From Camelus dromedarius (lineage: Eukaryota), in assembly GCF_036321535.1 (NCBI RefSeq), contig NC_087437.1, positions 45,138,001-45,202,000 on the forward strand: a DNA stretch of 64,000 nt, given 5' to 3'. The translations under genes and the position numbers were made by a program. The notes beneath the pieces are model-generated. The model worked only from the letters and a program-made list of their open reading frames with translations, searched no databases and was not told the DNA's origin. Each line of letters begins with the position of its first letter. Within the stretch, counting starts at the first letter, position 1. Below, in pieces: positions 11,789 to 24,631 of this stretch.

Positions 11789-13729
11789 CACTCTCTCATA
11801 TTGTCCTGAATATTTTTCTTCTCAGTGCTAATATTTATACTTATATACTTATTTTCCTAATTATTTTTAACTCATCTGTCTCTACTACTAGGCTGTAAGA
11901 CTATAAATACGATATAGGTGGAGTCTGTGTTTATTTTTTTCCAACACTCTATTTTAACTGTCATGCCCAAGGTCTGGGTGATAGCAGCCCCTTTGTACTT
12001 AGTTATCGAATGAATGCATGAATGAACTAGGGCATAAAATTGGGGTTTGAATTGTAGTACTGGTAATTCAGTGATGAGTCTTAGGGTGCTGCATCACAGA
12101 TGGGCATTTCTTTCTTATATCATTTAGTTCATATAAGAGAAAAATTAATTGGTTTTTGCTTATCCAATTAAATTTTGGTTATAGATGAATATAAGTCCTA
12201 ACTGATGCAGTAAAGGTAACTTGTAACACTGGTTATACATAGATTCATAAAGCTTATAATGACAACATCATATGACTGTTGAGGGCATAACACAATTGTA
12301 TAGGTTAACAATATTCTTACGGTCATGGCAATAATAAAATTAGTTTCTCCTTATAAAAGTAATTGTTGATTTTTGCTTTTAAAAGTACATAATTAATTCC
12401 TTTTTGGTTCTTTATCTTCAGACCAAGGAATGAAGTTTCTGGGGCACCAGTACTAAAGGTCTCAGTTATTAGCCTACTGAGATTTTTCTGATATGAAATT
12501 CCACATTTTAAATATTTAGTTCGGTTTAAATAACCAATTTTTTTTCATAATGACTTGTTTCTCACCTTAGCATGTGTTTCAATAAGAACCTGATACACAG
12601 ATGTTTCTATTAAACTGGTTGTTTCTCTTTTTAAAATTTATTATTCAAAAAGAACAGTAAGTTCTTCTTTGACCTACTCAGACACGTCATCCTACTGAGG
12701 CGTGTGACTGCACTGTACCTACTAAGAGAGTCCTGTGGTCTCAACCGCTTCTCGGGACAACTGACAACTACCCGACATACATAACCTGAACCAACATGAA
12801 AATGGAAATTAGTTAAAATCTCATTTGCCAGCAGTCTTTCCTACTGTCTCACCTCGACTATATTTTTATAATTTGAAGATGAAAAACTAAGATGCAATTG
12901 TCAGTATTTTCACCAAAGGCCCAGTACTCTAAAATACAATTAGGTTTTGATAGTCTCAAGAAAAAAACAAATATATGTGTGTATATATATATAATCTCTT
13001 GAGTACTTGTACTTGAGATCTTGAATTCTCCTTCTCTGTTTTATTTTGAGAAACAATTACTGTCCATAGATCCAACACCTCTACTTGCAGTTTCATAATT
13101 ATTTCATCCCCACACCACTGTTTGGATGTGAACATGATTAATTTTGCAAATTTGTGATGTAAATTTAATTTTGTTATAATATATTTGACTTTTTAATACA
13201 GTTTACATTGAATGGGAATTATATAAACCATGACCATGAAGATAAAAGTTCAAAACTGCTATTTTCCTGGCTTTTCGATTAACGAGACATGGATGGAGTC
13301 TCAGCATTCCAGGATCCTAATAATATAATGGAGTCTTTAATCTATCACCCCTGCTCCCAATCTTTTTGCTCTGGATTTCATAATGTTTCACTTGTTTATA
13401 AACTTCCAAGCTTCCTTGAATAAGGAAAACAGATAAAAATAATCTGGCAATTAATGGAGGTGGGGTTTAAATTCAGTTTGGAACAAAGCAGGGCAGACCA
13501 ACAAGAGATCTCACAGAGAAGAAAAAAGACAGTAGAACAGGCCCTGTACTCCCAGGAGGACAGCAACATTATATTTTCTATTTTCAATTATTTTTTAACA
13601 TGTTCTAGTTAGGATATCTCAATCTTTCTGCTGAGGATAAGAAAGCTGCTCAGGAAGAGGCTGATACACTGCACACAGGAGGGGAGGGAAGGGGGAGGGC
13701 TACCTTCATTCATCAAAGGCCAGGCGAAA

Positions 13730-13980
13730 GCTAGCCGAGCAATGGGGTCGTGTGCATGTGTGTGGCCAAGTCAGCAGGACCGAGAGCAGGAGGAAGCAGG
13801 GTCAGATTGAGTTTAGGGCTGGGATGGGAATGGGATCTTCTTGCAGGGCTCCAGGCTAAAAAGAAGTTAGGCTTCCCTGTGAGCTGAGAAGCCACTGAGA
13901 GAGCTTGGCAGAGAGCGCTGTGAGCTATCTAGATTTTCAAAAGGAGAACTCTAGCTGTGTGAGAATATAATGTTGGAAAA
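13730..13980 (-). mobile_element. L2 fragment
   Basis: 'gagaagccactgagagagcttggcagagagcgctgtgagctatctagattttcaaaaggagaactctagctgtgtg'. Confidence 0.6.
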
Positions 13981-14824
13981 ATTAAACTAGGGGAGGATGA
14001 TTTGAAAAAGAAAACAGAATATAGAATTATACCAGTTGAGCTTCTGCCTTACTAATTTTATTTTAACATTTAGGATCAGTTTTGATTAAATACAGCTAAC
14101 AAAGTCCTATTTAGTCTTATTAAAACATAGATAATATTTACTTGTATTAGGTTTTTGGTCAAATTTAAGAATCCAGCGTGAGAGAAAAGTATAAAAAGAA
14201 AATATAAATTTAGAGATAGTCTCTTCATACATTAATTTTTATGACTGGAAATATTTAAGAAACTATCTATTCAAATCTTATGATTGACCGATTGTATAAA
14301 TGCACTTTACATGGACTGGTGAATAAATAGAGCTGTTTTGAAGAGCAAGAATAGAGATAAAAGCGGAAGAATTTAAAGATTTAGAGAAACTCAAATATGT
14401 TACTTCTTGTAATCAGGTGTTATTTTTATAAGAAGTTACCTCTCTGAGAAGAGAAAGCAGCAAATGGGAAAAAAGTGAGATCATTTAAGTCACATTCACA
14501 GAAGCATCAACAAGTTCAAATAATTACTTGGGAATAATGGAAAATCTATGCAGAACCGACATGGAAATTCTGATCAGAACATGTCTTTTTTTTTCACTTC
14601 CAAATCAGAAGATGTAAGATGTATTCACAAATAATAAATTAGGCAACAGATAAAAATGGCTTCAGCTACCATAAAAGCATAACACAAACTTTCTTTGTAC
14701 ACTCTCATTCTTTCCTAGTATAAAAAAAAAAAAAAGATGGGAAAAAATAAATTCTGAATATTTCAGTTATTAACCTTTTCATTCTGGAAATAGACTTTTT
14801 AAAAAATTAATTACTTTAGAATAA

Positions 14825-15015
14825 AAGGAAATAGGTACAAATCCCAATTCTTATTTATCAGCTGTGTGGCTTTGGATAAATCAAGTCCTCTAAGACTCAG
14901 TGTTTCCATCTGCACAATGAAAATAATAATGATGATATCCACCTCCTAGGATTATTATAATGACTGAATGAGACACTCAGCACTAGCATAATGCATAAAT
15001 AATAAATATTAGTTT
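14825..15015 (+). mobile_element. MIR
   Basis: 'cagctgtgtggctttggataaatcaagtcctctaagactcagtgtttccatctgcacaatgaaaataataat...acctcctaggattatt'. Confidence 0.85.
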
Positions 15016-15309
15016 TTCCAGCTGTCACTTTTTGTATTATAAATATTCAAAGAAGAACAGCAGAACAAAATGGTAATCCAACAATTCCACCACACTATGG
15101 TCTTCTAAAGTTTTCTCTAGGTTTCTGTAAGTGTCTAAGCATTTCATTTTATATGACTATTAAATTAAAAATAGTTTTGGTCAGTATTCTATGCACTTGT
15201 AACAACAACCCACATATCTAAAAGAGATACGAGTCAATGCTGGATTACAGTTTTACATGTCAGTTCTGTTCTATTGATTTGATACGGTTTTGAGACATCA
15301 ACTGTATAA

Positions 15310-16700
15310 AGGTAAGATCTTTGTTGTCTGTCTTCCATTTCAACTACTTTGTCCCTGACCCTTACTTTATTCTTTATTTTAACTTTTTTGGTAATTTCCC
15401 TGCTTTTTAAAAGCCCCTTATTAAATTCTCATTTAAATAAATTCTGTTTTAAGCACTTAGTAAATTAGGCTTAATTTCTTCTTTAATTTTTCCTTCCATT
15501 TCTTTCTCGATTTCAAACAATTATCATTTTATTTCACTTTATTTTTGTCTAAGATTCTTTACATCCTTGCTGAGCATATGCAATTTTGTTTGGAGTGTTG
15601 TTATATAATTATCATTAGCTTCTTTTGTTTGTTTTGTTTTGGGTTTTTTTTTGAGGGGCAAAGAATTTTTATTAGCAAATCTTTATTACCACATTCTTAT
15701 TTTAAATTTTTTTAATTAATTAATTAATTAATTAATTAAACTGAGGTAGAGTCAGTTACAATGTGTCAATTTCTGGTGTATAGCATAATGTCTCACTCAT
15801 GCATATATACATATATTCGTTTTCACGTTCTTTTTCATAGAAGATTATTACAAGCTATTGAATATACTTCCCTGTGCTATACAGAAAAATTATGTTTTAA
15901 ATTCAGTTCAGAGTGATATATTACAGTCTCTTCAGCTTCTTTTTTTGAGGGTAGCTTGTAGAAATTTAATTAGCAGACACATTTTGATTTGCATCTACTG
16001 TTTTTTTTCCCAGTAGTTTTATGTAAGTATGACCTACTTCTTCAACAGGATTCCTATTATGAGAATGCTCTACTCTGTCATTTCTGGCTTTTCTGTGCAG
16101 TTTCTTTTATGGATGCCTCATTGGTTGTGGTGGAGAGATGTCTGGCATGTCTTGGTTCTTTTCACTTCTGTGGGATCCTTATTTTCCTCCATTATTTTCT
16201 TCTTTTCCTTCAGTTCCACCAATCCAAGAGAAACAGCCCCTTCTCTATACATCTGATTCTATGCTTGAGGTGATGCTTCTGTGTGTCTACTTCTAATGGC
16301 CCTACTTACTTTCAAGCCCCCTTCCCTGGAGAGAGGTCTGTGATTACAAAGTCCCAGTCTGCTTTAGTATACTGATATTTAATACTGAATTTCCTCTTGC
16401 TTGGATTAGTTTTGTCCATGCATCATCTAAGTTCTTCAGGCATCTGTACTCATTTCATAGAGCCTTTTAAGCTTTTAAGTCTCTTATGCTTAGAGCAATA
16501 GGTAATAGGGTTTTTACTGGAATTTGATTTATTTCTCTACTTCTAAGTAACTTAAAAGTTGTAGTATTTTAGTTCTCCTAATACTGCTGAAGGCTTGAGT
16601 CATGCATTATTTTATTTGTTTTTCTTGATGATTTTATTTTTTTGGTGAAGGATGTACAGAGAAATTCAATTCAGGCAGTCATCATTGTCCTACAAACCCA
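15310..16700 (-). mobile_element. Decayed ancient L1 5'/ORF1-like region
   Basis: T-rich strand composition with patchy L1M 5' motifs ('cttcttcaacaggattcctattatgagaatg'). Subfamily not assignable. Confidence 0.45.
15700..15890 (-). mobile_element. Young (camelid-type) L1 3' end with (TTAA)n tail
   Basis: 'ttacaatgtgtcaatttctggtgtatagcataatgtctc...ttacaagctattgaatatacttccctgtgctatacag'. Confidence 0.85.
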
Positions 16701-17634
16701 GACATTCTTTGTAACTTATTTTTTATAGCCAAGAATATAGATGCTAAATAACATTTCTGCTCAGTTTCCTATTCCCCACAGACTTCACAAAAATATTTTT
16801 GATAAATTAACTTTGTACCAGAAAAAATGATCAACTTTTACATTGCAGTATTATAAACAACCAAAATATATAATCAATAATATGTATGTGACTAAATAAA
16901 TGTCATAAAGATTCAAATTATCTAGTATGTATACACACATTTAAACTATTATATACTTCCTGTCAAGATTTTTATTCTTTTTAACGTTTTCTCATTCTAG
17001 AATAGCTTTTGTGCAAAGAAAACATGAAGATTCAAGAAAACAATAATGATCAACATTGTTAGTCAATTGGTTTCTAACTTGATAGAATCAAATATCTTCT
17101 AATATTATGAACTTGTTAAAAAAGACTGCTAAAAAGAAAGATAAATCTAAAGGATGGGACCAGTTAAAAGAGTGACTGAGACTTGTGTCAGTATTTGTTT
17201 GTTGGCACTTCCATTTCCAAAAGGTTCTGAAATGAAGCTTGGAGGCCAATCAGCCATGAAGAACAGATAAAAGCTAGTACAGAGCAAAAATGTCCCAAAC
17301 ATAAGCAACTGCAAATGAAACTTTTCCATTACTGAAAGATATGAACAAGTGGAAAATTTATATTTAGAATGGAAACCAAGTCAAATTTATGGTGGCCCAA
17401 CCCTACTTGCTCAAAAACTTCAATCAAGTTTGCTGTGTCTTACCTGCTCTTAATGGCATAGTTTATATCTTCAGAGCTCCAAATATCACTTGATGTTATA
17501 AACTTAACAGCTTATATAAAATACACTGATGTTTTGTATCAGTGTGGTTTTCTGAAAGTACTCCATCTAATTTTAATGATGAAACATAATCCAGGGCAAA
17601 AGATACAGACTGACAAGGCTATTCCACCATGTCT

Positions 17635-17760
17635 TCATTTCAAGTTCAGCCTGCTAGTTATTGCCTATGGGCATTTTTCTATTTGTCCATCTTAAAACAT
17701 GGCACATAGTAATTCCTGCCTCCACATTTTCGTGAAATGGTGGAGCATAAATCTAGAGAA
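17635..17760 (+). mobile_element. MIR fragment
   Basis: 'tccatcttaaaacatggcacatagtaattcctgcctc'. Confidence 0.45.
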
Positions 17761-18859
17761 GATAGGAGGATGGAACAGAGGAAAGAGGGATAAGGACCTA
17801 TAAGAAAAGAAGGTAATTTGAAGAGAAATTTGAATGTCCAGAATACATTTTGGTGAGGACGATGTTTGTTACTATGTCTGCCTTCTGAAATACTTATCCA
17901 CCAACTTTGCTAACTAACCACGTTTCTTATCCTCCTACTCAGAGACAAACTACACAACTATGTGTTTTTAAAGATACCTGTTTAATACATCCAAGATCAG
18001 CCAAAATTTTTTCTAGCAACTAATAATTGGCTTAAATGCATTTCTGAAATATGTAAGTATGTATTTGAATCTGTTGGCATTTACTTTAATTAAAGACTTC
18101 AGAAATCCAAATGGATCAGCCATTCAACTAAATTTGTACTTCTAGACAAGCATTGGGTTTTCTAGTATGTTTTCTTCTATTATTCCTAAAAAAGTTATAA
18201 TTTCCCCATTGAGCATCTCATCATTTATTGATCCCATAGAGGTGCACTCTTTTCAGACTAAAAGCTTTTAGTAAACAGCAGGAAAAATCTTACCACAGCT
18301 CCACTGCTATTCAGGAATGACCTGAACAGGCTTGCTCTTAAAGGTTCAGTTGGAAACCCACAATCACAAAGTCCATTCATTACAGGCAATCACTGTGTCC
18401 ATGGCTGCCACTATGTTCAATCAGAACATTGGCTGATGGCAGTAGGCAGAGAGCTACCCAGACTTAAGTAGATAGCAAGAAAATGAAATGACTTGTTTGT
18501 TGCAATTACCAGAACAGGCCAGGATTAGAGAGAAAGAGGGCCAAACTGAAAAGAAAATATTGCCTTGATTTGAAACATTTAGACAATTAAAGCTAAAATT
18601 GTGAGTGGGTTTTTGTTAGTTTTGTTTTTGCTCTGAAATTTTCAGCATACTGCCTCAATACTCAAGTCCACTTTATTAGTGAGGATGTACATTTGTATAA
18701 ACATACAGCAGGAAATGAAAGGTTTAGTACTACATTTGAGTTTGAAAAAACCTTAGAATGACCTAATACTGGACCATAACAGTTTATACATAAGAGCCTT
18801 GAAGTAGTAAAGAAAAAGAAGAAAATTATTATGAAAGAGTCTATGTTCACCACGTCACA

Positions 18860-19115
18860 GGGCAGCAACATCAGTTTGTGGTAAATGTTCAAAGTTGAAG
18901 CAAAAAAGACCTGGACTCTGATTCTGGATCGAGCACTTATTAATTCTGCATGATCACCAACAAGTCCTGAGATCTCATTCAGTCTCAATTTTCACATCAT
19001 GAAAATGGGAATTAAAAATAATGCTTACCCAGTCTACCTTACACAGTGGTGTGCAGATAGAATGATAAAATGTGGGTGAAAGAGACTAATAAATTTTATC
19101 ATTTCACACACATTA
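18860..19115 (+). mobile_element. Near full-length MIR
   Basis: 'agacctggactctgattctgg...agtctcaattttcacatcatgaaaatgggaattaaaaata...ctaccttacacagtggtgtg'. Confidence 0.85.
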
Positions 19116-19619
19116 TTGCATTTGGTAAATTCTAACTAATATATTTAAATCTGTGATTTTCAAGCACTCTTTGATTCCACCTTTACTATCTTTAATGAAA
19201 TTCATGGAGCAAATAATTTACATAAATACATATAGTTTTGGAAACAAGCACTGCAATTATCAAACTACAATATAAAGATGCAATAAAAGAAAATACTTTA
19301 TAATTAAAAATATACATTTCATTACACAAATGTTAGGACATAATATTTCTAGAGGACAAAACAAATGAGCCATATAGTGCAAATATGTTCAGGATTATTG
19401 AGAAAATCATAGCTACAAATGCAAGCTGACACAGCTAAGTGGTACAGGCAATTCCAGAACTACAGTGCTGTGTTCACTGATGCGGTTTTATGAATGTAAA
19501 CTTTTGAACCAAAGCCCCTTTCTCTTTTTGCAGCATTCCTGGAAATTCTTTAAACATTAAATGATACAAAAATAAGTCTTTTTTTTTTTTTTGGTAATTT
19601 GAAGTAAAATTCTAGACTA

Positions 19620-19852
19620 ACATGGCTTTAAACAAGGTATTCAGTTACATGAAAATCTTGTGGACATTCAAAATTTGTGCTGGCTGTGAGATAACTGTAT
19701 TGTGTAGGTTTATTGTGAATCTTGTATGTTGTCTAGTATCTCTGAGAACCATCCACTTAACGTCAGTAGTATGCTGCTAATCATTTTGAGAAATGAAAAT
19801 ATACATATTTTGCTTCTCGTGATAATAACCACCACCATTGCAAACCATGAGT
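19620..19852. mobile_element. hAT-Charlie MITE (MER20-like)
   Basis: 'tagtatctctgagaaccatccacttaacgtcagtagt...accattgcaaaccatg' parallels the MER20 body and terminal inverted repeat. Confidence 0.5.
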
Positions 19853-20149
19853 CTTTAGACCAATAAAAAGCACGTTATTTCTTTCCCGATTGTTAAGCCT
19901 AATGTACAGAAATCTATCATGTTTAGATAATGACGATTGGTTGGTTTCATTCACATTTGATTGAAATGTCAGCCAAATCTATGTGGAAATATTATTCAAT
20001 CTTATTTTTATTTTTGTCTATCAACCTTCACAAAGTCTTAATTTTAGTATAAACATCCAACTATCTACTACCCTATACCCTTCAGATTTAATTTTTTCCT
20101 ACACGTTGCTCTGTCACAAGCCCTTCTTGTATAATTACTATATACTCCA

Positions 20150-20945
20150 TGTTAGTGAATGGTTCTCTCCTGGATGCATTCTCCCGTACTCCTGTATCTA
20201 ATTGAAACCTGCTAATTCAACATCTTTACTACTGTTTACAATAGAAACATCCTCCCTATGTCCATTTCATTGCATATGTTTAGGTTCTCACCATTTCTCA
20301 AACTAACTTTTGCAATTATTTCCTAGTGATTAATTTAAGCATGTGTCTGAGAATGTTATTATCTCATTTAAACATTTCAAGTTTCAAGAGAAAGTAATTT
20401 TCATTGCTAGGCACTCATGGTTCTCCAAGATCAAGTGCTTTGCCCATGACACTGGTTTTATCCACTAAAGATTTTGGCAGGATTACTCTTGCATCCTCAC
20501 CCTTTTGACATTAAAATAATAATAATAAATTCTTACAGTTCTTTATAGACCCTAGGCTAATTTATACCTATGCACCTTTGCTCACAATGCTTATTCTATG
20601 TGCAAATAGCTATCACCAATCTTGTTTTCACTGTATCCCAAATTTGCCTCCAAAGAACATCAAATTGTCTTTTGTTACATAGCTCAATAGTCATCTTCTC
20701 TAATTTTATCAACTAAATCTATAAATCTTCACCATACTATTTTCAAATAAACTAATATCACAATACTTCTTACAATTAATTATAGTACTTTTTATGAATG
20801 GCTTTTCCTTCTTGGCTTAAGTTGCTAAAGGCTGATCAATGATTATTTCTTACTCATCTGAATCAATTATTTCTTATTTATCTAAACCACATTTAAAGTC
20901 TGACATATAAGATAACTGAAAATATTTATTACAGAATAAATGAAT
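20150..20945 (+). mobile_element. L2 3' portion
   Basis: 'tttatacctatgcacctttgctcacaatgcttattct' and the tail 'aaatatttattacagaataaatgaa'. Confidence 0.65.
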
Positions 20946-21128
20946 TTAAACTAGTATTAAGCAAGTTGATAGGCCTTAAGGATTAGTGCTTGAGCAAAGG
21001 TATTTATCTTTTCTCTCCTTTTTTTTTCTTTTTAACTAAAAAAAAATCAAGAGAGATTCAACAAAAAGCAAGACTGGTTTGCAAAGTAACATCTCCAGGG
21101 TCCAGAATTTGACTGATGTTACTGAATA

Positions 21129-21458
21129 CAGTAATCTCTTATCTGCAAGGCCACCAGTGGATGACTAAAACCATGGATAGTACTGACCTCTGTATGTACT
21201 ACGTTTTTTCCCATACATACTCACAAGCCAGATAGTGTACACAGTGTGAATACTCTGGACAAAGGGATGATTTAAGTCCTAGTCCTGGGCAGGAAGGGGA
21301 GGGACAGTGTGAGATTCCATCATGCTACTCAGAACAGCAAGCAATTTAACTTCTATGAACATTTTATTTCTGGAGGTTTCCATTTAGTATTTTTGGACTG
21401 TGGTTGTGGGTAACCGAAATGCCTAAAGTGAAACTGAGGATAAGAGGGGGAACTACTA
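21129..21458 (-). mobile_element. TcMar-Tigger MITE MER44 (MER44A-size)
   Basis: Termini CAGTAATCTCTTATCTGC / GAGGATAAGAGGGGGAACTACTA are each flanked by TA. The body 'ctggacaaagggatgattt...catcatgctactcagaacagcaagcaattta...tttatttctgga' is the reverse complement of MER44. About 330 bp. Confidence 0.85.
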
Positions 21459-21529
21459 TAACCTTAACATTTCTTAAGAATGGTCTGATGACATTAAAAT
21501 CTCTGAAGAGCAAAACTCAGGTGTCTTTT

Positions 21530-21757
21530 CTTCTTTTTTTAAATTTGTTTTTATTAATGGATTTTATTTTTTAGAGCAGTTTCAGGTTCACACCAGAACT
21601 GAGCAGAAAATACAGAGTTTGCACATAGCCCTTCCCGCCCACACATATATACTCCCCTACCCTCAACATCCCTCATCAGTGTGGCATATTTGGTATAACT
21701 GATGAACCAACATGGACACATTATTATCAACCAAAGTCCACAGTTTACATTAGGGGC
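21530..21757 (-). mobile_element. L1MC-type 3' end
   Basis: 'tttttagagcagtttcaggttcacaccagaactgagcagaaaatacagag...gatgaaccaacatggacacattattatcaaccaaagtccacagtttacattaggg'. Confidence 0.85.
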
Positions 21758-22259
21758 ATTACATTTTGGCTTTAAAAAATATCCAAATAATTATTGTAGG
21801 TAGATGCAGGAAAGATAAACCAATATATTTCTGAGACGGAAAAAAAAAAGCTCTTTGCATGTATTACAGCAACCTGGAGATAAAAGGGCTTGCCAGAGTT
21901 TGCCAAGAGTGCTGCCCAAAGGCAGGGAGTCTGTCAAGTTGAGAGTTCCTTAATTCTCTTACATTAGATGTAGTTTATTTGTTTAATACGCATAATGATT
22001 CTTTATGTCCTCTAAAGAACTCTTTTAGATGGAATTTGTAACTAGTGTCAGACACACTCAATATCAATTAAAATTTAATTATAATTTTTATAAATTTGAA
22101 ATTAATGCAACATATTATCATTACCTAGAGTGAATGAGAGAATAATGTCATCAGTCTTTATTCTAAGCTTACGAATTTGAATTCAGACTGGTTTTTACAC
22201 TACTTGTTGGGGAAATTAGGTCTTTAAAATGATAGGAGCATGTCAAACTTACTTGCTTT

Positions 22260-22445
22260 CATATAATTGTTTAATTATATCCCAGATTATTATATATATA
22301 TTTATATTTATATTTACATAATAATATATATTGTTATTTAACATTTATTTATGTTATATATTTATTCTGTAACATATAATTTTTTATACCATATATAAAT
22401 ATTTATACATTATACATTTTAAAATTATATACTTTATCTATAATT
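22260..22445. repeat. AT-rich low-complexity (TA)n-derived tract
   Basis: Almost entirely A/T with degenerate TA repeats. Confidence 0.85.
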
Positions 22446-22539
22446 TTTGAGCATGCATTGGAACTGCCAAGTTTATTGCTTTTGAAAACTGTACCTGTCA
22501 CAGTAAAGATGTGTCAATCTTTGCATGTCCTTATTTAAA

Positions 22540-22645
22540 CCTCTATTAGACTGGTGATCTTCTTTATCTTGTTCATTTCTGAACCCCTAGTGACTTCAAA
22601 CTAATAGATTCCTAATAAATATTTATTGAATGAAAAATGAATCAA
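22540..22645 (+). mobile_element. L2 3' tail
   Basis: 'cctaataaatatttattgaatgaaaaatgaa'. Confidence 0.7.
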
Positions 22646-22929
22646 CAATGGATGCCTTTGTTGGACTTTGGAGAGAAGAATTATTAATTTGCTTATTATT
22701 TTAGATGATCTGCTATTTGATTTTTTTAACTTGATGTGTGCACTGACTTAATACTGATTATTATGAAAAAGAATAGGAGACAAAGAGAGAAAGGGAGGAG
22801 AAAAAATAAGAAGGAAGCAGAGGACAAATAAGGGGACAAGCTGTAAAAGGGAGGGTACAGAGATGGGATAGACTTGAAAGAAGAGAACAGAAAATATATA
22901 AGGGAAGGGAAAAGAACAGGAAATTGGGA

Positions 22930-24150
22930 AAAAAAATCTATTCAATAAATAGAGTTATAATTACTAGCTATCCATATGGAAAAATAAAATTAGACTGCTT
23001 TATCACACCTCAGAAAAACAGAAAAACCAGATAGACTAAAGAGCTAAATGTTTAAAATAAAACTTTCAAACATTCTAAAAGAACCTATAGAAGAATATTT
23101 TATAGCCACAGAGTAGGAAATATTTCTTTAAAAAGCAAATGAACATATATACTCATAAGCAAAATGAAAATTATTTCCTCAATGTCAAATAAAAAATAAA
23201 ACTTTTTGTATGACAAGACATCATAAAAAATATTTAAAATACAAGTGAAAGACCCAGAAAACATATTTGCAACATATACAATAGACAAATGCATTAGGTT
23301 TAGATTAGCTCTAATACCTACATATCAATATGAAAAAGACATTTTAAAAAAATGTACAGAGAGAAACAGACAAGTCACAGAAGGAAAAATAGAGAATGGC
23401 AAAAAAATATGGAAAGCTTGCAAAACCACACTCAGAAAAATGCAAATTAAGATAACAGTGATGTATTATTTCATAACCCTGAAATCTGAAAAAAAATAAT
23501 GTCTGATAACAGTAACTATAATGAGGATATAGAATAGCTGGGGTCTCTCCCACTGCAGCGAGAAGTATTGACTGGAGAACAGCCTGCTCACATCTAGACA
23601 ATCTCAGCATGTATGTACTCTGTGCGATAGTAATTCCACCTCTAAGTGTATGCCCCTCTGAAGTTCTTGTGCATGGGTACTGAATGGGTACATATGCACA
23701 AGATCTTTAATAAAACATTGTCTTCAATAATAAAAAATTGACCTAAATATCTGCCAAGAGTAGAATGAATAAATGCAAACTGACAGAATTATTTTCCAAA
23801 TTAAAACAAATGAGCTAGACTTATGGAGAAATCACATAAACATAATATAATACTGGTAGAAAAAGTAGTTGCAGAAGGATCTCTATACAAGTATGGCACA
23901 CGTATGTACATACAAGGTACACAGGTACATGTGTAGATTAAATATAAAAACACATAAATAGGATAGATACGAATCACAACAGCAGTTACTGGTGGCTAAA
24001 CAAGTATAAAAGGAATTCAATTTTCTATGCAGTCTTTTTTAATTTGTTCAAGGGAATTGGTGGGATCAAATTTAAGTAGAACAAGAATGTTATCGTTGTT
24101 CTTAGTGGTGGGCGTATGAGTGCTTACTAAAAAAAAAAATTAACACTGTC
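22930..24150 (+). mobile_element. Ancient L1 (L1ME/MD-like) ORF2 3' part and 3'UTR
   Basis: 'aatctattcaataaat...ctatccatatggaaaaa', 'aaaatgcaaattaagataacagtg', 'gtaattccacctctaagtgtatgccc'. ORF 23245-23499 (IFATYTIDK...KMQIKITVMY) is degenerate L1 ORF2. Confidence 0.8.
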
Positions 24151-24631
24151 TTTAAAAGGAAACATACTTGCTCTAAGACTACGCAGCTAGTAACAGTGGG
24201 TAACCTGTAAGCCCAAACAAGATGTTTCTGATACTAAAACCCGGGATAAATTATTGTAAAGCTATACAATTTTGTTTCAAACTAGAGTATTACCTACATT
24301 ACAACCTAAAATACTTTAAAATCTCCTACGGAAGTATTTCCTACTCCTTGGTTATTTTATGTTTACCTCTGTCTTTGTTAACTGTGGAGGCTGACTTGTC
24401 CAAGTGCTTCAATTTAGGTATCTGTTTTAGCAGATAGAGACAAACGCATGGCTATATTTTTAAAAATTTAATAAAGAAACTGAGGACATTTTCAAGAGCT
24501 TCCAATGATAAGAAGAGATTAAATAATTATTTCATTCATTAAACTACCTGAGTATCAAATCATTTTGATATGCCTTATATCCAACCTGGTTTTGGACATG
24601 ATCTCCTGTACCTTGGTACCGGTATGTTTTA

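Larger units (their letters stand above)
11195..12030 (+). mobile_element. L2 3' end split by an MLT1 LTR
   Basis: L2 motifs occur before 11262 ('cttggagaagcccccc...aaattaggtcccc') and after 11790 ('catctgtctctactactaggctgtaaga...gaatgaatgcatgaatgaa'). Confidence 0.7.

Noticed and set aside
1506..17510. A full minus-strand multi-exon gene model chained from short AG/GT cassettes (e.g. ~1506, 3885, 9068, 9591, 10100, 12853)
   Set aside because: Phase-compatible chains are easy to build by chance from 26-89 nt pieces. The product matches no protein I know, and some cassettes have stops in all frames.
22748..22945. Purine-rich tract/ORF (similar one at 42147-42347)
   Set aside because: Low-complexity GA-rich sequence; the ORFs are compositional artefacts.
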